A stretch of DNA of 64,000 nucleotides from the NCBI GenBank assembly GCA_963674965.2, contig CAXXFL010000006.1:736001-800000 (forward strand), in the 5' to 3' direction. The stretch's first letter is position 1; each line of letters opens with the position of its first letter. A program made the position numbers and the translations under genes. The notes under the pieces were generated by a model. It saw nothing but the letters and a program-made list of their open reading frames with translations, was not told where the DNA came from and did not search any database. Shown piece by piece: positions 10,607-21,600 of this stretch. The stretch is from a bacterium. GTDB taxonomy: Bacteria > RBG-13-61-14 > DATKZS01.

Positions 10607-11933
10607 CTACTGAAAATTTGGATTATTTCTTAAATTATGCATGAAATTTAATACTTCTTTATCAGAAGCTGTTGGGTTACTATCGAAGAATTTTCTCCAT
10701 TCTTTGTTAAAGTCTCTGCTCCATTTTAGATGGTTATTATCTCCTTCTACCCATCGGCCATATTGCGCCTCGTTTATATCATTAATGCCTAATTTATTAA
10801 ATCTATCTTCAAATTCCACCGGCAAGTCATGGTGGGCATGTGGCTTTTTTAAATGTGAGGGCGGGTCACCTAAGTTTTTACGTAGAATTTTTCTTGCCTT
10901 TGTCCCCCTGGCCTTGTTTGCGGCTCTTGCCGCCTTCGCCGCCTTGCTTGTTTTACTAGCCGCGCCACTTAATGCTTTCCCTGATTTGCCAATGCTCTTC
11001 GGGCCGCCGGTCGCGCTGAGCGCAATGTTGGCCGCTAACTCCGAGCCGATTAACGCTTGCTCGTCAGGATCGCTTGCCAGGAAGGCATTATACTGGTTTA
11101 CTGCCCCGTAGTACAACACCTCGGGCTCATCAAGATATAAATAAGCCCCATAACCAATAGTCTCACCCGTGCCATACAGGGTATCGACTGGATGCCGGGC
11201 CATGGTATAGACGCCTTCACCCGTCGAGTAAAACGTCCTTAGCACTCCATGAGCTCCGGCGCTGATACAAGCGGTGGTCTCATTCGAGTTTACCGCGTCC
11301 GCGTACGTCCAAAGAGCGCCGTATATTCCGCTCACGAACTCCGACTCCCGGCCGTCTCCGTCATAATATCGGAATGGATTATTGTTCGCGTAGGCGTACT
11401 GGTTGATGCCCCCGGCAACTGGATCGACGCTGACGAACCTTCCCAGGTCGGGGTCGTACCAGCGGGCGCCGAGTTGGTAGAGGCCGACGTCGTTGTCGGA
11501 GCGGCGGCCTACGAAGCCGTGGGTGATGGAGGAGTTGGCGATGGTGAGGGGGTGGGAGGGCGAGCCGGCGAAGTCGGCGCCGAAGGGGAGGTAGGCGCGG
11601 CGCCAGACGGTCTCGCCGTCGGAGTTGGTGGCGACCACCGGGGAGTGGAGACCATAGTGGAGGTAGAGGCGCTGGGAGATATTGACCGAGGCGGCGCCCG
11701 AGTCGAGGAGGCTCGAGCCCGAGTCGTCAACCACGTCAATGTCGTATGAGCCGGAGCCGGCGTCGTCCCCGAGGTCGCCCGTGTCCACAAAAATATAAGT
11801 CGCGCCCTCGGACACGGCCACCTCGATGGCGTAAACCGCGCCCGACCCATTATCGAAGCGCACCGTGTACGTCCCCGCGTCCAGCGCCCCCGCAACGGCC
11901 AGCTTGAGAGTGTCGCCCTCCTCGAGCTCGTCA
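10607..11933 (-). pseudogene. Orphan Rhs cassette 1 (shortened arm): Rhs core and His-rich nuclease-like tip (DUF2380-like)
   Basis: Homology to the main gene starts only at DELEEGDT. Core ends NNPFRYYDGDG; tip HAHHDLP...YGRWV...HLKWSRDFNKEWRKFF. Confidence 0.8.
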
Positions 11934-12051
11934 TCTTGGGTGGCCCACTCTTTCGGAACGAATGAGTGGGTGAGCGGAGCGGACGGGCTTAGCGCCTCGA
12001 GGCATGTTGAAGCTTTCGGCTCCAACTACATGCAGCTAAATCTCAAATTGA

Positions 12052-12064
12052 ATTTTCAAAGAAC
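12052..12064 (-). promoter_or_regulatory. boxA-like motif GTTCTTTGAAAAT upstream of cassette 1
   Basis: Fifth occurrence of the motif, in otherwise unrelated intergenic sequence. Confidence 0.55.
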
Positions 12065-12155
12065 CGTGCGTAGCTTATATATACCTGTCTCGCGTTGCGA
12101 GAGCCACACGGAAGCATGCTATACCGTATGGCCAACCCGCCGCACTCGCTAAATA

Positions 12156-12593
12156 TCACATTGTTTCATCATCAATTATCGTGAAAACATCCTTTGCTTT
12201 TCCATCTGGGCAACCATATATGTAACACCATGATATATCATTATCAGAATACTCTTCATCATCTCCATCAATAACTTCAGGGTATTCAAAAGCGACACAA
12301 ATAGTGTATATATCATTGTTTTTTGGAGAAATTACCGGGATTAATTCACCTTCGTTATCATAAGAGATTGCATCGGGGTACTGATCTGTATCGTAAAGGA
12401 CAATTTCTTGATTGCATTTATTACATGAAGCGACCACTAATGGTCGGTTATTCTTTTTAACGGAAAAATAATTATTCTTGCAGATACATTTGACTTGATA
12501 AGCAACAAAGTACTCATTTGTCGGTACAGGAAGTATTGAAGCAAAACAACCTATTGGTGTAACGAAGCCCTTTAAATGATCTGGACATCTCAT
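12156..12593 (-). CDS. Putative cognate immunity protein of the full-length toxin (CxC and CxxC motifs, acidic C-terminus)
   Basis: Small AT-rich ORF with RBS AAGGA directly after the toxin gene. Confidence 0.7.
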   Translation of the reverse strand: MRCPDHLKGFVTPIGCFASILPVPTNEYFVAYQVKCICKNNYFSVKKNNRPLVVASCNKCNQEIVLYDTDQYPDAISYDNEGELIPVISPKNNDIYTICVAFEYPEVIDGDDEEYSDNDISWCYIYGCPDGKAKDVFTIIDDETM

Positions 12594-12615
12594 GCTTTAT
12601 TCCTTTCGTGATATA

Positions 12616-15600
12616 TTAATATTCTAACATCAATGAGTTTATTGCGTTTGGATCCGCTTCATTCATTCTTTTCCAATTTTGTAATTCTCTATTCAATTCA
12701 CTTACATTGTCAAGTTTATAATTAGAGATATAGTTGGTATTATAACGATTTCCTTCCAATGTGTATGCAGCATCGGGATGAACCCTCTTGCCATTAAGTG
12801 CATTCACTTTATTTCCGGCGGCATCAAATTGACGCTTGTTTTTATTAATGTTCGTAGCTCCTTTCGATTCTGCCCAGTTTAATTCATTTTCGATCGCATT
12901 ATTATGTTTTACGTTGCCAGGACCATGTTCTTTGCCCCATTTTGTGCCACTTACAGAGGATTTATCCGCCGCTTTTACCGCGTCATCGCCAACTTCCTCC
13001 GCGGCCTCCAATACGGCCTTGCCCGCGCCCTCGGCCGCGTCGTCGGCCGACCCTTTTAATAATCCTTTTACTCCGTTTATTGATCCCTTGACTCCATTAT
13101 AAAACCCTCGAGGGTTTTTTGCGATCTTATAGCCGGTGGCGGTAAAACTTAAGCCGGCGCAAACGTCCCCTGGGATATTGACGACGTCCCAAGCATCTCG
13201 TATTCCATTGTAAGCGTCATCAGCCGCTGCTTCAGAAGGAATCGCTCCAACTCCATCCAGACCTCCTACTATAGCGAGAGGAACTCCAACTCCAATACCG
13301 CCGGCGGCGTAAATTATCAAAGCCGCCATTGCCATAGGATCGCGACCATCGCCGTCCTGATAGACGAATGGATTATTATTCGCGTATGCGTATTGATTGA
13401 GATCCTGGAAAACCGGATCGGTGCTCACGAACCGCCCCAGGTCCGGGTCGTACCAGCGGGCGCCGAGTTGGTAGAGGCCGACGTCGTTGTCGGAGCGGCG
13501 GCCGACGAAGCCGTGGGTGATGGAGGAGTTGGCGATGGTGAGGGGGTGGGAGGGCGAGCCGGAGAAGTCGGCGCCGAAGGGGAGATAGGCGCGGCGCCAG
13601 ACGGTCTCGCCGTCGGAGTTGGTGGCGACCACCGGGGAGTGGAGCCCGTAATGGAGGTAGAGCCGCTGGGAGATATTGACCGAGGCGGCGCCCGAGTCGA
13701 GGAGGCTCGAGCCCGAGTCGTCAACCACGTCAATGTCGTATGAGCCGGAGCCGGCGTCGTCCCCGAGGTCGCCCGTGTCTATAAAAATATAAGTCGCGCC
13801 CTCGGACACGGCCACCTCGATGGCGTAAACCGCGCCCGACCCATTATCGAACCGCACCGTGTACGTCCCCGCGTCCAGCGCCCCCGCCACGGACAGCTTG
13901 AGAGTGTCGCCCTCCTCGAGCTCGTCGGACCAGGTATCGCCGTCGCCGAGGGTCAGCTCGCCGATGGCGCTCTCGGCCAGGAGCCGTAGCCGCGCCGCGT
14001 CCAGCTCGGGCGTCGCCGAGTCGCCCTCCCCCGGCCCGCAAAGCTGGGTCGCTCCGTCCATGACGGAGGTCACGCCGTCGCACAGCCCGTCGCCGTCGGT
14101 GTCCGGATTGAATGGGTTGGTATAGAAATACCCCGAGTTCAGGTATTCCTCGAGATTGGTCCTCCCGTCCCCGTCGGGGTCATCGGCCGCGTCGTCCACC
14201 AGCGGGTCCAGCCCGGCGATGACCTCCCAATAATCGTCGATCCCGTCCCCATCCGAGTCGGCCAACAGCGGGTTGGTCCCCAGCCTCGCCTCGATAATGG
14301 CCGCCATCCCGTCCCCGTCATAATCCGCCACCGCCGTATCGCACTCCACCACCACCGGATCGAACCCAAGGCTATCCGCGTACTCCACCTCCCACCCGTC
14401 CGTGAAGCCGTCAAAGTCGGAATCAATGGAGACGGGGTTGGCTTGGGATTGGCAGTAGGCATAATTCAACGGTTCGCTAACAGTAACGTCTGGATCGCAC
14501 TCATCAACGTTCACGATACCGTCAGAATCCGTATCGACCGTTCCTCCATCAGCGTCGGATATTGGGTTAAGGCCGTGTTCATACTCCCACTTGTCAGGCA
14601 TGTCGTCCAAGTCGCTGTCGCCCGTATATGGGCAGGAATCCAGAACGTAATATTCCATGCCGTCGGGGAGACCGTCGTCGTCGCTGTCAGATAAGGTTGG
14701 AATTACAATAATGCCCTCATACATTTGAGCGTCAACTTCTTCCGAATCGAGCATGTAATCCTCATCAGTGTCGGGATTGTATGGAGACGAGAGAAAAACA
14801 ATTATTTCAGTTTGATTGGAAATTCCGTCGCCATCGGGGTCATCGTTATTGTCCACCACCAATGGATCAGTCCCGTATTCCACCTCAATTCCGTCTCGTA
14901 AGCCATCGCCGTCAGTGTCGGGATTTTCCAGTCCATTTGGAATAGTGCCCATCTGATATTCAGTAAGGTTCCATAAGCCGTCGCCATCGGCGTCGGAGTC
15001 CCAGTCCGTGGAGTCGTCCGGGTCAAAACTATATTGGACCTCCCACCAGTCAGGCATGCCGTCCATGTCGGAGTCGACCATGTCTGGCCTTGTGTTATAT
15101 ATATCGTGTTCGTCAATATTGCATAACCCGTCCTGGTCGAGGTCCGGACAACCGGCGCCGCCGGCGCCGTCGGCGGCATTATTGGGGTCGAGTCCGAATA
15201 ATGCCTCGTAGTCGTCATCCATGCCGTCGCCGTCGGTGTCGGCCAAGCTCAGTGAGGACCCCGCGTACATTTCCTCGATTACCATGAGGGTGGAGCCGAA
15301 TAATTCGCCCACGTCCAATTTCGAGTAGAACACGTAATAATTATCCGACGGGTCCTTTTCCACCCAGGCCACGTGCAGGTATTCCTTGTCGGGGCTGGGC
15401 TTGATCCTGGCCAGGACGGCGTCGTTAGCGGGGTTGGATATAAGTATGGGAGGTCTCCAGTGGGTCGAGTTGGTAGGCGCGTCCTTATAATAATCGTTCC
15501 TTACCATTTCGTTCGAGTAAAGGATTACCGATTTGGTCTGGCCCGAGCCCACGGGCGTCTCGACCACGGACTTCCATACCGCGTGTTTCCTCTCCCCGCT

Positions 15601-18600
15601 GGTTTCGGCCACGAAGGCCGCGGGTTTTTCCGGCTGCTTGATAAAATCCGGGAAGTGGGAGACGTCCTGAGGATAGGGCTTACCCCCCTCATAAACGTAT
15701 TCTATCCAGTCGCGATAAATAACGTCGTATTTAACGGTGTCCCCGGCCTGGAGGCCGCCGGTGAAGAAGATGCCGTCTTGATAGTTGTATACTTTATAGG
15801 GACTCAAGTCGGCGACGCTGGAGTCGATATGGTCGTCGTCCCACCAATAAGTATAGAGATTTCCATCCCCATTGGAGGACCACACGCTCCAATCACGGGA
15901 GCCGGTTGCAAAGGCGACGCCGGGCGGATAAGTGTCTTTTTTGTCGATATTATTTGCAAGATAATTGTATTCGGACCAATTAATAAATGGAGGGCTGGAT
16001 CCATTATGATATCCCATTTGTTGGATGACCGACATTTTATCGGAATCGTTTTTCTTTGCGGCTAAAAGATATGCCTGGTTATATCCAGGTATTATCTGTA
16101 TCGCCAGGGTTGGAGAGAATAGATCGTAATGGGACCAGCAATACTTATACCTCCAAGCCGGGTATCCTCCGGAAGGACCCCATTCACATACATTAACTCT
16201 TTTTTGTGAGGTAGAATCGTTAATATATGGGAAGGCGAGAAAATATTGGCCAATAGTGTGGTCGTAAAATACGCTTAAAAAATCATCATCCGACAATAGC
16301 CAATCGCCGATTGTAGATTCGGTCTCAGGGGCGTAATACGTTGCGCCATCTGTAATAAACAGCGATTTTAACCATCGGCTTGAACCGCTTTCATAGGAGT
16401 AGAAAAGCACTAAAGTGCTGCCGTCATATCCGGGCGCGATATCCGCTAGAAACGCCCCTTCCACCGTTCTATGTACGGTTTCACTAACCGCAGCCATTGG
16501 CCAAGACAGCCCGGCGGCGTCGTAGTAATCGTCGCCGGAGTTGGTGGGGTCGTGGCCGATATTCAGTTCGATCCCGTCGGGGTCTCCTCCGCCGTCGGTG
16601 TCGAAGTTGACGGGGCTGGTGGGGGTGTTTCCGTACAGTTCCTGGTAGTCGGACAGTCCGTCGTGGTCGGTGTCGGCCAGGGTGGGGTTGAGATCGCACT
16701 CGTCGGCGTCGCCGATGCACACGTTGACGTAGGGGTGGTAGGCGGTGTCGCCGTCGAAGGAGGTATCGCCGTCAAAGGAGATTTCCTGGAGGTCGGTAAG
16801 GCCGTCGCCGTCGGTGTCGGTTGAGCCCGGGTTCGTGCCGAACCTGAACTCCCAGATATTGGAGATGGAGTCCGAGTCGGGGTCGGCGGTCAGGTCATCG
16901 TCCACCGTGGGATGGAGGTACTTGAGTTCCCAGTAGTCGCCGAGGGAGTCGCCGTCGGAGTCGCTCGAGAGGGGATCGAGGGCGTCGTCGTCGCAGCTAT
17001 TGCCGCACTTGTGGTAGGGCTCGAGGAACATGGCGCAGCATTCCTCGATGTTGGTCACTCCGTCGTGGTCGGGGTCGGCCTCGGCGTCGTTGGTGAGCGG
17101 GTCGAGGGTGTCTCCGGCGTCGACCTCCCACTTGTCGTCCATGCCGTCGTGGTCCGTGTCCTTGTGGTAGGGGTTGGTCCCGGCCAGGTACTCGCCGAGA
17201 TTGTCAAGCCCGTCGGAATCGTAGTCCGAGGCCGCGTCATCGGTCAGCGGGTAAGAGTTCCAGATAAGCTCCCATCCGTCGGGCAAGCCGTCTCCGTCGG
17301 TGTCGGCCAGGCAGGGGCTGGTCTCGGTGTCGCCGTCCAGGGCCCCGTCCTGGTCGAAGTCCTCGAGGCCGTCGGGCACGCCGTCGCCGTCCGAGTCCTG
17401 ATTAGTGGGCGACGTGGTGCATCCCACTCCGACGGTATACCCGTATAGCGCCTGGGTTTCGAGATAATCGCTTAGTCCGTCGATATCGGAGTCCGCGCTC
17501 CTGGGGTTGGTGAGCAGCGAGTATTCCTGGAGGTTGGTGAGGGTGTCCCCGTCCAGGTCGGCGGCCGAGTCGTCCGTCAGGGGATCGAGGCCGTAGAGGA
17601 TTTCCCAGTCGTCGTCCATGCCGTCGGAGTCGGTGTCGTCGAGTCCGGGATGGGTATGGTGGAGGTACTCGGAGCGGTCGGTCAACTCGTCGTTGTCCGC
17701 GCAAAAGGAGCAGGTGTTGGCCTCGAGCGGGTCCAGGTTATGCTCGACCTCCCACCCATCGGGCAGTCCGTCGCCGTCGGTGTCCATGTCGTAGGGGTCG
17801 GTCTCGCCCGAGTCCACCACGTAATCGTTGTCCTTGTCCTCGCCGGCGGAGTCTCCATTAACCAGCCCGTCGCCGTCCATGTCATCGAACACGTATATGG
17901 GAGGTATGCCATATTCCACCAATTCCAACTCGTCGTATATGCCGTTGTCGTTCCTGTCGGTGTAGCCGTTGGGATCGGTCATATAGAAGTACTCGAGATC
18001 GTCGGTTAAGTCATCGCCGTCGGTGTCGGCGTTTCTCGGGTTTGACCCGAAGAGCAGTTCCTCGTAGTCGTCCAGCCCGTCGCCGTCGGTGTCGGCCAGG
18101 CACGGGTTGGTCTCGATATTCTGCCTGATTCCGTCCTGGTTTTTATCCTCGACCCCGTCGGGAATGCCGTCGTCGTCCGTGTCGGGGTCCATGGGATCGA
18201 GGCACAGGCTAATCACGGCCTCGAAATAGTCGGGGACATTATCGCCGTCCGTGTCGCGCTTGATGGGATTGCAGACGTAGGCGGTGACGGTCGAGCCGGT
18301 CATAAGTATCTCTTCACCGTCTTCCATGGTGTCGCCGTCCACGTCCGCGATAAGCGGGTTGAGATAGACGGTTATCGTGTCTCCCGGGCACCCGGCGGAA
18401 GCGTCGCATGAGGCCCCCTTGTAGAGCAGGAACTCCTGGAGGTTGGTGAGGCCGTCGGAGTCCCAGTCCGTGTCCCCGTCCTGGACATGGGGATTCAGGC
18501 CCCAGAAGACCTCCCACCCGTCGTCCATGCCGTCGCCGTCCGTGTCGGCTATACAGGGATTAGTCTCCGTATTGCCGTCAAGGACGCCGTCCAGGTCGAT

Positions 18601-21600
18601 ATCCTCGAGTCCATCGGGAATGCCGTCGCCGTCGCTGTCGGGATTCGTGGGCACGATGGTGCATCCCATTCCAATCGTCAAGCCGTAGAGGGCCGTGGTT
18701 TCCTGATAATCGCTCAGTCCGTCGGCGTCCGTGTCGGAGCAAATTGGGGAGGTTTCCCAGTTTGCCTCCTCGGCGTCAGTGAGAGTATCCCCGTCGGAGT
18801 TGGTGGTCGAGTCCCGCGGATCGATGCCCAAGGCGAGTTCTTCCAGGTCGGACATGCCGTCGTCGTCGCTGTCTGCGTCGTTGGGGTCCGTTCCGTTTTG
18901 CGCCTCGTAAAGGTTGTCCAACCCGTCACCGTCCGGATCGGCGATCGTCGAACTGGACAATATGGTCAAGGCGTCATTAGGATCGAGGGGGTCTAATGAA
19001 TTGTTCTTCTCGAAGACGTCGTCCATGCCGTCGCCGTCACTGTCCGCCCGGCAGGGGTCGGTCTCGCCCTGGTCGAGCGCGCAATCGAGATCGGCGTCCT
19101 CGCCGTTGGAGCACAATAAAGTGGAACCGTCATAAACGGAGGTGTTTCCATCGCATAGGCCGTCCCCATCTGAGTCGGGATTGCTCGGGGAGGTGCAGTA
19201 ATCGTGTTCTTCGCCGTCATTGAGTCCATCGGAGTCGCCGTCGGGGTTTAGCGGATCGGTCAAGGACGCGATTATTTCGTAATAGTCCGATAGAGTATCG
19301 TCGTCCGTGTCCTCGTCGCATGGGTCGGTTTCGCTCGAGTCCTTCACTCCGTCCTTGTCCACGTCCTCGCCGCCGGTCCCGCCGTCGATCAGGCCGTCGC
19401 CGTCGGTGTCTTGAATGATGGGGGACGTGCAGTAGCCTATCTCGACTCCGTCTTTCAACCCGTCCTGGTCGGAGTCATCCGAGTTGGGATCGGTATAATA
19501 ATCCTCCTCCGTCGAGTTGATAACGCCGTCCTCGTCGGGGTCCTCATCACCGTCCGAAACGGAATCGTCGTCCGTATCGGGATCGTAGGGATCGTAGCCG
19601 TAAATGGCCTCCCACGCGTCGGATAGGCCGTCCGAGTCCGAGTCGGCCCCCTCGATAAAATTGAACGATATGAAATCGAACCCCTGGACGTCGGAGTCGG
19701 CCGAGTATACGGTCAAAACGTGTTCAACGCGAGGTAAAAGAATCTCCGCTCGATAATAGGTCGAGTTTTGAGAGTTGAATCTATCCACCAGGTCATCCCA
19801 GGAAATGGTGAAGCCTTTGTCCAAACCCTGGTAATGGAACAGGTGAGCGTCGATGGCCGCGTCCGTGTCTCCCTCGATCACTTCCTCGGCGCTGGAGAAG
19901 GCGATCCATTCAAGACCGGCGTCAATGGAAGCCGGAGACAACGTGTCTCCCGCCAAGCTTATAACCGGATTGGTAGTAATGGGATATCCCCAGGGTTCAT
20001 AGGTCCGGTCGTCGGCGAGCCTGGTTGGTTGGAAGAGGTAGTAGTTGTATCCGGACGTTACCGTCTCACCTGAGAAATTATGGTTGGAAAGGATCAGCGC
20101 GCTTATATCGCCGTCGCTATCGGGAGAGGATACCCCGGCGGCTATTACCGTCTCTCCGGGAGAAGTGTTGGTTATCTGTTCAATATCATTATAGACCGTT
20201 GTATCTCCCTCGAGCCGTCTGAAGACGAAAAGCTCGGTGGACACCGAGTTTCCGTCGTTGGCGAACCCGTCCACGCCCTCGTAGTTCCCGTTGGAGCTGA
20301 AATATATAGACTGAAGCGAGTCGTTGGCGATAAAGGGATGGTCGTTATTTACGGAGCCGCTGGAGTCGGTCACCTGGTTTACTCCCACGCCGTAGTCGCC
20401 ATAATAGAAGATTTCATAATTATTGTCCGCGTTGCCGACCGAGGCGTCCCAGTCCTCCGCCGAGACGAAAGCTACGTAGTCCGCGCCGCTGGTGGCGGAC
20501 AATCGCGGATTGATGCCCTGCTGATGCAGAGTAGTCCCCAGGAGTATTGCCGTGCAGTCAAAATGATATGGTCCTCCAAAGTAACCGTGTCTGCACTTCA
20601 TCAGTTCGTAGTGATCGAGAGTATCGCCGGCCAGGGAGTTCTCCGTCCAGAAGAAGAAACTATCCTCGTAAGTGAGCACGGCGTCATGGTTTTCTTCACT
20701 CCTGACGTCGCCGAAAAGGTCGCTGGTGGTTATCTGAAGGAGACCATCGGCCGCGTCCCAGAAATACAATTCTCCGCCGGGGGCGGTCTCCCCGTCCTCC
20801 AGGTCCTGACGCGACCAGAACACGGCCTGATCTCCGGCGTTGTTGGACGATATGCGTCGACCGACCAGGGATGAGACGTCGTCGCGGGCCACGGCAAAAG
20901 AGGTCAGGACGTCGGTGGAATAGCCGTCGATGGTCAAGTCCGCCCGGTAGACCTGGAAGACGTTATCAGTGGTCCCGTCCTGGGCCCAATAGAACATGTA
21001 TTGGCCGTTCCCGGACATGGCCGGCGCAAGTATAGTCGATGAGGAAAGAGGCATGGAAAGATTCGAAAGGGGCTGAAGCTCATCGATAATTTCCACGCCT
21101 TTTCTGGGACCGAGAAGGTCGGTCCAGTGGTCCATTACTATCTTGACCTCGTCAATTTCGGAACTGGTCCTTACCGTCAATGAACCCGTCGAGTAGTCCG
21201 CCTCGATCGAGTCGCCGTAGGTGGGGGCGTCGATGATAATGGGGCCCACTCGTCCCTTCATCTCATATACCTTGACGCAGGTCGGGTCATCGTAAGTAAA
21301 AGAAGCCTGGAACACGCCATATCCATCGGATCCGTCGCTAAGTAGTTGCTCCGTCGAGTCGGAAGGAAGAACGATGGCCTTGCCAAAGGAATTCATCGGA
21401 GGCGGAGAGACCAAAAGCAGGTCCGATATCTCGCCGTCAATATTAAGCGTCGCGCCCGAGCCGGGACCGTAAGTGACGTCATAATAGTTTTCAGGGCGAG
21501 AGACAATCCAGAAATGATACTCCGTATCGAGCGGGATTCCTGAAGGGACGTTGATCTCGACCTTTTCGTTGTTCGTGACCACGACGTTGGGAATATCCAT

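Noticed and set aside
1300-12025. Cassette ORFs (574, 582, 553, 472 aa) as independently translated full genes
   Set aside because: The starts are internal GTG codons of the parent gene, or a TTG in non-homologous sequence, with no well-spaced RBS or signal peptide. Low-level internal initiation cannot be excluded.
85-14462. Repeated 60-235 aa ORFs (MYVPASSAP..., MGGRGRAG..., MTWWTTRAR...) in every cassette
   Set aside because: They are antisense or alternate-frame shadows of the GC-rich homology arm and recur only because the arm is repeated.
16741-16780. 18-bp imperfect tandem duplication (SFDGDT SFDGDT)
   Set aside because: It is an in-frame micro-duplication within a repeat-rich protein, with no sign of phase variation.
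14080-19650. CRISPR-like or non-coding repeat array (recurring CCGTCGCCGTCGGTGTC)
   Set aside because: These are codons for DTDGDG peptide repeats inside one open frame, with irregular spacing and no cas genes.
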